From: Anaerolineae bacterium
GTDB taxonomy: Bacteria; Chloroflexota; Anaerolineae; Epilineales; JAHCIE01
Reading direction: 5' to 3'
Assembly: GCA_046328505.1 (NCBI GenBank)
Contig: JAXLWL010000005.1
Coordinates: 475,666 to 539,665 of the forward strand
Length of the DNA: 64,000 nt
Positions 58,065 to 64,000 of this stretch are shown here, piece after piece. Both the position numbers and the translations under genes were made by a program. Positions within the stretch are counted from its first letter, which is position 1; the number at the start of each line of letters is the position of its first letter. Below the pieces are notes generated by a model, which was not told where the DNA came from, ran no database searches, and worked only from the letters and a program-made list of their open reading frames with translations.

Positions 58065-59957
58065 ATGGCGACCCATCGCGAGTCAGACTGGACACCGGTA
58101 CCCTGGACGCGGGTCACCCTCGACGGGGGCCTGTGGGGAGAGCGGCAGCGCGTCAATCGGGAGCGCACCCTTCCGGCGATCTACCGCCAGCTCAAGGACA
58201 CCGGCCGAATCGACGCGTTCCGCCTCAACTGGCGGCCGGGTCAGCAGCCGGTGCCGCACCAGTTCTGGGACTCCGACGTCGCCAAGTGGCTCGAAGCCGC
58301 GGCATACAGCCTGGGAACCCACCCCGATCCGGCGCTGGCGGCGCTGGTAGACGAAACCGTCGCCCTGGTCGCCTCGGCGCAGCAGCCCGACGGCTATCTG
58401 AACACCCATTTCACGGCGGTAGAACCCTACAACCAATGGACGAATCTGCGCGACATGCACGAACTGTACTGCGCGGGCCACCTGATCGAGGCCGCCGTCG
58501 CCCACTACGACGCGACCGGGAAGACGACGCTCCTCGCGCCGTTGCGCCGCTATGCCGACACGATCGGCGCGGTTTTTGGCCCGCAGCCCGGCCAGAAGCG
58601 CGGCTACTGCGGCCACGAGGAAATCGAGCTGGCGCTGGTCCGCCTGGCCCACGCGGCGAACGAGCCGCGCTACCTGCGCCTGGCGCAATACTTTGTCGAC
58701 GAGCGCGGCCGGCGTCCGTACTACTTCGACAGCGAAGCGCTGGCGCGAGGCGAGGATCCGGCGGCGTTCTGGGCCGGAACCTATGCCTACAACCAGGCTC
58801 ACATCCCTGTGCGCGAGCAGACCGAGGTCGTCGGCCACGCCGTGCGTGCCATGTACCTCTACTCAGCCATGGCCGACCTGGCGTTGGAGACGGGCGACGC
58901 GACCCTGGCCGTGGCCTGCCGTCGGTTGTGGACGCACCTCACGTTGCGGCGTCTCTACATCACCGGCGGCATCGGGCCGTCGCGCGACAATGAAGGCTTC
59001 ACCGCCGACTATGACCTGCCGAACGAGACCGCCTACGCCGAGACGTGCGCCGCCATCGGCCTCGTCTTCTGGGCGCAACGCATGACGCGCCTGGAGCGCG
59101 ATGCGCGGTACGCCGATGTCCTGGAGCAGGCGCTCTACAACGGCGTGCTCAGCGGCGTCTCCCTCGACGGCGAGACTTTCTTCTACGAGAACCCCCTCGC
59201 CAGCGACGGCCAGCACCTGCGCCAGCCGTGGTATAGCTGCGCGTGCTGCCCGCCGAATCTCGCCCGCGTCATCGCGTCGGTTGGCGGCTATGTCTACGCC
59301 CAGGGCGAGACGGATGCCGTCATTCATCTGTACGCCCACGGCGCCGGCCGTCTGTCCCTCGGCGGACAGACGCTCACGCTGCGCCAGGACACAGGCTACC
59401 CCTGGGACGGCTGCGTGTCGGTCCGCCTGGAGATGGACGCGCCGATGCCGTTCCGTCTCTGGCTGCGGCGGCCAGGCTGGGCGCGGGAGGCGACACTGCG
59501 CGTCAACGGCGCGGAGGTCGACGCGGACAGCGTGACGGAGCGCGGGTACATGCGGCTGGAACAGACGTGGCGGCCGGGCGACGAGGTGATGGTGGAGTTT
59601 CCCATGCCGGTCGAGCGCGTCTACGCGCACCCCGACATCGCGGCGGATGCCGGGCGGGTAGCGCTACGGCGCGGACCGCTGGTCTACTGCATCGAGGGTG
59701 AAGACAGTTCGGTTCCCCTGCATCGGCTGCGGCTGCCGCGGTCGGCGGAGCTATCGGCGGTGTATGACGAGGGGCTGCTCGGCGGCGTGGTCGCAGTGAG
59801 GGGCGAAGCGCTGGCCGCCGAGAGTGACGGCTGGGGCGAGGGGCTGTATCGCGCCGAGCCGCCGACTCTCCGTCCGACGCCGCTCACCGCCATCCCCTAC
59901 TACGCGTGGGACAACCGAACGCCGAGCGAGATGGCGGTGTGGCTGGCGGAAGATTAG
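58065..59957 (+). CDS. Glycoside hydrolase family 127 (beta-L-arabinofuranosidase HypBA1-like, DUF1680)
   Basis: 630 aa. YSCACCPPN Cys cluster (Zn site of GH127) and the HypBA1-like N-terminus (DGGLWGERQRVNRERTLPAIY, VAKWLEAAAY). Confidence 0.8.
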   Translation: MATHRESDWTPVPWTRVTLDGGLWGERQRVNRERTLPAIYRQLKDTGRIDAFRLNWRPGQQPVPHQFWDSDVAKWLEAAAYSLGTHPDPALAALVDETVALVASAQQPDGYLNTHFTAVEPYNQWTNLRDMHELYCAGHLIEAAVAHYDATGKTTLLAPLRRYADTIGAVFGPQPGQKRGYCGHEEIELALVRLAHAANEPRYLRLAQYFVDERGRRPYYFDSEALARGEDPAAFWAGTYAYNQAHIPVREQTEVVGHAVRAMYLYSAMADLALETGDATLAVACRRLWTHLTLRRLYITGGIGPSRDNEGFTADYDLPNETAYAETCAAIGLVFWAQRMTRLERDARYADVLEQALYNGVLSGVSLDGETFFYENPLASDGQHLRQPWYSCACCPPNLARVIASVGGYVYAQGETDAVIHLYAHGAGRLSLGGQTLTLRQDTGYPWDGCVSVRLEMDAPMPFRLWLRRPGWAREATLRVNGAEVDADSVTERGYMRLEQTWRPGDEVMVEFPMPVERVYAHPDIAADAGRVALRRGPLVYCIEGEDSSVPLHRLRLPRSAELSAVYDEGLLGGVVAVRGEALAAESDGWGEGLYRAEPPTLRPTPLTAIPYYAWDNRTPSEMAVWLAED

Positions 59958-60029
59958 GTTCGGGTTATGGCGAACGAACGCGAAGCAATCCCGACCGCCG
60001 GGCGTGCCCCGCGGGGTTAGATCAGCGTG

Positions 60030-61016
60030 TTACATAACGAAGTCGGGGCGGTCCTGGAGGATGGCTGGGGAGGTAGGGCGAAGCTCGCCGGTCAGGACGT
60101 CTTCGACCAGGGCGGCGTCGTTGAACCAGCTTGCCGGTGGGGTGTGGCCCCAGAAGGTTGATCGGCGCGGGTCGTTGATGCTCCACCGCTGCGGCGGCTG
60201 GTCTGGGTCGGACACCATGTAGTCGCCGGCGCAGAGCTCGATGCGGTTGCCATCCGGGTCGCGCAGGTAGAGGAACATGGCGCTGGTCAGGCCGTGGCGG
60301 CCCGGGCCGCGCTCGATGGCCTGCCCGTACCCTGCGGCGGCGAGAATGTCGCAGGTGCGGATGATGTCCATCTCCTCGCGCACGGTAAACCCGATATGGT
60401 GGAGACGCGGGCCGATGCCGCTCATCACGGCGATGTCGTGCACCGTCTGCTTGCGGCGCAGGTACGCCGACCACAGGCGCGCCTCGGGCCCATCGGTCTC
60501 GGTATACTCCGACAGCCAGAACCCCAGGTGGTCGTGGTACCAGGCATACGCGCCGCGCACGTCCGGCGCCTGCACGTTGAAGTGATCCAGGCGCATCACG
60601 CGCGCGCCGCGATAGAGGTCGTAGCGTTGCAGCATCCGCTCGGCCGGCTCCATATAGTGGTAGAACTCCACAGGCAGGCCGGCCGGGTCCTGCACGCGCA
60701 GCGCCTCACCTTGCCCACGCTCCTCGCCAGCCTCCAGCCAACAGTGGGGGAGGCCGCGGCTAGCGTGCAAACGCCCTAGTTCGTCCAGGTCGGCGGGCGA
60801 CGCGACATGAAATGCCAGGTGTCCCAGGCCGGGGCCGGCGGCGCGGCGCAGGATGAGTGAGTGATGCTCGTGCTCCTCGTAGCCGCGCAGGTAGATGCGC
60901 TCGCCGTCGCGTGCCGTCTCCACGAAGCCAAGAATGTCGACATAGAAGGTCTGGGCGCGCCCCAGGTCCGTTACGCGCATCTCGGCATGGGCGGCGCGCA
61001 CGATGTTCAGCGCCAT
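60030..61016 (-). CDS. Extradiol ring-cleavage dioxygenase, vicinal-oxygen-chelate family (catechol/homoprotocatechuate 2,3-dioxygenase-like)
   Basis: Start at MALNIVRAAHAEMRVTDL (GAGGAGA RBS). Two VOC modules with His/His/Glu ligands (HLAFHV; HHIGFTV; ELC). The 133-aa upstream extension of the ORF call is rejected. Confidence 0.8.
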   Translation of the reverse strand: MALNIVRAAHAEMRVTDLGRAQTFYVDILGFVETARDGERIYLRGYEEHEHHSLILRRAAGPGLGHLAFHVASPADLDELGRLHASRGLPHCWLEAGEERGQGEALRVQDPAGLPVEFYHYMEPAERMLQRYDLYRGARVMRLDHFNVQAPDVRGAYAWYHDHLGFWLSEYTETDGPEARLWSAYLRRKQTVHDIAVMSGIGPRLHHIGFTVREEMDIIRTCDILAAAGYGQAIERGPGRHGLTSAMFLYLRDPDGNRIELCAGDYMVSDPDQPPQRWSINDPRRSTFWGHTPPASWFNDAALVEDVLTGELRPTSPAILQDRPDFVM

Positions 61017-61026
61017 AGTCGTCTCC

Positions 61027-61623
61027 TCAACGGCGCGTGTCGTCGTACCACGGGTCGTAGTACATCGGGATGGGCGCGGTGTCGGCGTTCCCGTCCGCCG
61101 GTGGGCGCACAATGGCCTGGGCGAGCTGGCGGTACTGCCCCGCGTAGAACAGCAGCGGCGAGCCGGGCACTTCGCCCTGGTACAGAGCGACAACCCGGCC
61201 GATGACGATCCAGTGGTCGCCGCCGTCGAGGATGTGCTCGACGGTGCAGGCCACCGAGGCGAGGCAGCCGTCCAGGCGTGGTGCGCCGACCCACGGCACG
61301 AAGCGAAAGGCGGGCGGCGCCATTCCCTTGCGCGCGCCACCGGCGAAGTAGCGCGAGAGTGGCTCCTGCTCGACGCGCAGGATGTTGACGGTGAATGTAC
61401 CTGTGTCGCGGACAATGGGAAAGAGGTGAGCGCGCCTGTCGACGTTGAACAGAAGCAGCAGCGGGTCGAGAGAAAGAGACGTGACGGAGTTGGCCGTCAT
61501 CCCGTGAGTTTCTTCTCCCTCCTGCGCGACGATAACGGTGACGCCCGTAGCAAATTGGCCGATGACGCGGCGATAATGTTGGGCATCGGCGGGCGCGTCG
61601 TATGCGGCGGCTAGATCAGACAT
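61027..61623 (-). CDS. Flavin reductase (NAD(P)H:flavin oxidoreductase, HpaC-like)
   Basis: QFATGVTVIVAQEGEETHGMTANSVTSLSLDPLLLLFNV is the flavin-reductase-domain signature. It lies 10 nt upstream of the dioxygenase. Confidence 0.85.
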   Translation of the reverse strand: MSDLAAAYDAPADAQHYRRVIGQFATGVTVIVAQEGEETHGMTANSVTSLSLDPLLLLFNVDRRAHLFPIVRDTGTFTVNILRVEQEPLSRYFAGGARKGMAPPAFRFVPWVGAPRLDGCLASVACTVEHILDGGDHWIVIGRVVALYQGEVPGSPLLFYAGQYRQLAQAIVRPPADGNADTAPIPMYYDPWYDDTRR

Positions 61624-61809
61624 ATTTCTCTTTAGTGCCAGCCCGAAGCGCTCTTTACCCGAGCCTGCATCGGGTCTTTCCTTTCTCCATTTATTATACT
61701 CTATTCTGAATAATGTCTATGATTGCGTTCGCCGTCCGCGCCTGCCCCATGGGCGTGTCGAGCAGCCCAAGCGGTTTGAGTCCACCCAGCGAGCGACAAG
61801 ATAGCGACC

Positions 61810-62970
61810 ATGCAGCGAGCCAGACAACGTTGGGCGATGTTCGCCCTGTATGCCGCGGCCGTTGTCGTTTTCGGCGACATGTATCTGACGCAGCCGATTC
61901 TGCCGATTCTTTCGCAAGAGTTCGGCATTGCGCCCGCGACGGCGGGGCTGTCGGTCTCGGCCGTCGTGCTGCTCATCGCATTCGCCTCGCTCAGCTACGG
62001 CTCGTTGAGCGACAGCCTGGGCCGCAAGCCGGTCATGGTCTGGAGCACGGCGCTGCTGACGATCCCGACGCTGCTGTGCGCTTTCGCGCCTACCTTCGGC
62101 ATCCTTCTCATCTTCCGCGCGCTGCAAGGACTGTTCATCCCAGGGCTGACTGCCGTCGCCGTCGCCTACCTGGGCGATCTCGTCGACCACCGCGCGTTGG
62201 GCGGCGCGGTCGGCGGCTGGATTGCAGCGAACGTCGCGGGCGGGCTTGTCGGGCGCGTCGGCAGCGGCATCATCACCGATTTCTACGGGTGGCGGACCGC
62301 GTTCGCCGTCTTTGCCGCGTTGACCCTCGCTACTGCCATCGGGATGGCGTTCGCATTGCCGCGCGACGGACGGCACGCGCATGGCGACTGGCGCGCCGCG
62401 TATCGCGGGATGTTCTCTCTCCTGCGCTACCGTCGGCTTGTGGGCGCGTTCATCATCGGCGGCGCGCTGTTCTTCGGCTTCCTCGGCTTCTTCACCTACC
62501 TGCCGTACTACCTGACCGGCGCCCCGTTCTACCTGTCGCCGGCCATCGTGAGCCTGGCCTACCTGAGCTACCTGGCCGGCGTTGTCATCTCGCCCATCGC
62601 CGGCCGCCTCTCCACGCACGTCTCGCGGCGCTTGCTCATCGCCGTCGGCCTCGCCGTCGCCATGCTGGGGACCATCCTGACGCTCATCCCGGTCCTGACG
62701 GTTATCGTTGTGTGCCTGTTCGTGCTGTGCAGCGGCATGTTCACGGCTCAGGCGGTCACGCCCGCGTTCGTCAACATCAGCGCGCCCCACAGCAAGGGTG
62801 GCGCGGGCGCGCTGTACCTCGTGTTCTACTACGTCGGAGGGACGCTGGGCGGCGTCGTGCCCGGCCTCGCGTGGCAGAGCGTCGGGTGGATCGGCGTGAC
62901 GAGCGTGTGCCTCAGCGCGTTCGCCGTCGCCCTCCTCGCCGATTGGCTACTGTGCGGCGAACGACTTTGA
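61810..62970 (+). CDS. MFS transporter
   Basis: 12 TM helices. LSDSLGRKPVMVWS loop 2-3 motif. Confidence 0.85.
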   Translation: MQRARQRWAMFALYAAAVVVFGDMYLTQPILPILSQEFGIAPATAGLSVSAVVLLIAFASLSYGSLSDSLGRKPVMVWSTALLTIPTLLCAFAPTFGILLIFRALQGLFIPGLTAVAVAYLGDLVDHRALGGAVGGWIAANVAGGLVGRVGSGIITDFYGWRTAFAVFAALTLATAIGMAFALPRDGRHAHGDWRAAYRGMFSLLRYRRLVGAFIIGGALFFGFLGFFTYLPYYLTGAPFYLSPAIVSLAYLSYLAGVVISPIAGRLSTHVSRRLLIAVGLAVAMLGTILTLIPVLTVIVVCLFVLCSGMFTAQAVTPAFVNISAPHSKGGAGALYLVFYYVGGTLGGVVPGLAWQSVGWIGVTSVCLSAFAVALLADWLLCGERL

Positions 62971-62971
62971 C

Positions 62972-62999
62972 TTGACATCTGAAGTTGGCGCGGTATACT
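62972..62999 (+). promoter_or_regulatory. Near-consensus sigma-70 promoter TTGACA, 16-bp spacer, TATACT for the ROK regulator gene
   Basis: Read from the sequence, immediately after the MFS stop. Confidence 0.5.
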
Positions 63000-63008
63000 A
63001 CTCCCAAG

Positions 63009-63027
63009 GTTTGTTTACCAAACAAAC
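63009..63027 (+). promoter_or_regulatory. 19-bp near-perfect palindrome GGTTTGTTTACCAAACAAAC (operator candidate) between the promoter and the ROK gene
   Basis: 8-bp arms around ACC. Located about +10 to +28 relative to the predicted -10. Confidence 0.45.
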
Positions 63028-63076
63028 TAATGTCGAGGGGTCAACTTTGGATACACTGCGCAGTGTTGACCACGCC

Positions 63077-64000
63077 ATGATGCGTGAAATGAATACCGCC
63101 CTCATCCTGGAGTGCCTGCACCAGCACGCGCCCCTGTCGCGCGCGCGATTGGCCGACATGACCGGGTTGAACAAGGCGACGGTGTCCAGCCTGGTGCGCG
63201 AGCTGCTCGAAGCGCAGTATATTCGCGAGAACGGCCTGAACACCGGCGACACGGGCCGGCCGTCTATCCAGCTCGAGCTGAACCCGGCGGCGGGCGCGAT
63301 CATCGGCGCTGAAATTGGCGTGGACTTCATCTCAATTCTGCTGACGGACTTCTCGGCGGGGGTGTTGTGGCGCCTCTACGAGCGCACGTCCCATCTCGAC
63401 GGCCAGGACGCGATCCTCGAGCGCGTGGCGCGCGGACTGGAGCAGGCGCGGGAAGCCGCGCAGCAGGCCGGGTTGCCGGTGTTGGGCGTCGGCCTGGGCG
63501 TGCCGGGCCTGGTGGACGTCGCTACGGGAACCCTTCTCTTCGCGCCCAACCTGGGCTGGACCGATGTGCCGCTGCGACAGGCTCTCGAAGCCCGCTTCGA
63601 TTTCCCCATCTACGTCGATAATGAGGCCAACCTGGCCGCGCTTGGTGAGGCCTACTTCGGCGCGGCGGAGAATGTGCGCTACGTGCTCTACATTCACTCG
63701 AGTGTGGGATTGGGTGCGGGCGTGGTCCTCGACCGCCGCATTCTGTCCGGCACTGCCGGATTCGCCGGCGAAGTGGGCCACATGACCGTCGAGCCGGAGG
63801 GAGCACTATGCGCCTGCGGCAACCACGGCTGCTGGGAGACGGTCGCCAGCCAGCGAGCGCTTTTCGAGCGCATTCGCGCCGCGATCAACGCCGGCTGCGA
63901 GTCGTGGCTGATCGAGGCGACCGAGGGCCGGCTTGACCAGATTACCATTCAGCTCGTCATCGCTGCCGCGCGACGGGGAGATGCTGTGGCCCTCGACGCG
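63077..64000 (+). CDS. ROK-family transcriptional regulator (NagC/XylR/Mlc-like), 3'-truncated at window edge
   Basis: Manual translation gives MMREMNTALILECLHQHAPLSRARLADMTGLNKATVSSLVRELLEAQYIRENG (wHTH), a ROK sugar-kinase-like fold, and the Zn motif HMTVEPEGALCACGNHGCWE. No stop before the window end. Confidence 0.8.
   Translation, partial: MMREMNTALILECLHQHAPLSRARLADMTGLNKATVSSLVRELLEAQYIRENGLNTGDTGRPSIQLELNPAAGAIIGAEIGVDFISILLTDFSAGVLWRLYERTSHLDGQDAILERVARGLEQAREAAQQAGLPVLGVGLGVPGLVDVATGTLLFAPNLGWTDVPLRQALEARFDFPIYVDNEANLAALGEAYFGAAENVRYVLYIHSSVGLGAGVVLDRRILSGTAGFAGEVGHMTVEPEGALCACGNHGCWETVASQRALFERIRAAINAGCESWLIEATEGRLDQITIQLVIAAARRGDAVALDA

Noticed and set aside
61017-61415. 133-aa Ser/Thr/Arg-rich N-terminal extension of the dioxygenase ORF (TTG start at 61415)
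   Set aside because: It overlaps the flavin reductase gene in another frame. An ATG with a GAGGAGA RBS at 61016 matches the family N-terminus.

Overview
The window is very G+C-rich bacterial chromosomal DNA with short AT-rich islands only at divergent promoter regions. No rRNA, tRNA, CRISPR array or recognisable transposase/integrase was found. About 26 kb (2802-28796, minus strand) is taken up by two tandem paralogous giant genes (4116 aa and about 4500 aa). They encode polytopic envelope proteins built from a signal anchor, a conserved about 250-aa N-terminal module, a TM hairpin, thrombospondin-type-3-like Ca-binding repeats (DxDxDG), a large unknown domain, an internal 4-helix TM cluster with a conserved GDWNP motif, Ig-like domains, an FG-GAP beta-propeller, right-handed beta-helix repeats and a conserved C-terminal region of about 1000 aa. 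Copy 2 is split by an apparent frameshift near its 5' end. The last roughly 500 bp of the two copies are nearly identical, which looks like a gene-conversion tract. These giant genes are the best candidate here for a novel system. Downstream lie two SARP (wHTH+BTAD) regulators with opposite domain order, a bacterial G1 (eqolisin) glutamic peptidase homologue, a VapBC pair, zwf, and a putative envelope-stress module. That module is an LTxxQ/CpxP-like periplasmic protein with an OmpR-type response regulator, a histidine kinase and a SnoaL-like protein, followed by an HlyD-FtsX (MacAB-like) efflux pair and a ferric-reductase-like operon. A conserved 23-nt element fused to an extended -10 (TGn-TAnnnT) precedes all three operons. 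The rest is a candidate operon coupling a SARP/STAND-like regulator to a signal-peptide-less trypsin-like protease with a free-standing copy of its N-terminal domain and an HhH protein, plus housekeeping and catabolic genes (apgM, GT-C glycosyltransferase, GH127, extradiol dioxygenase with flavin reductase, MFS, ROK regulator). Long plus-strand ORFs inside the giant genes are antisense artefacts of the high G+C content. Taxonomic source is uncertain.
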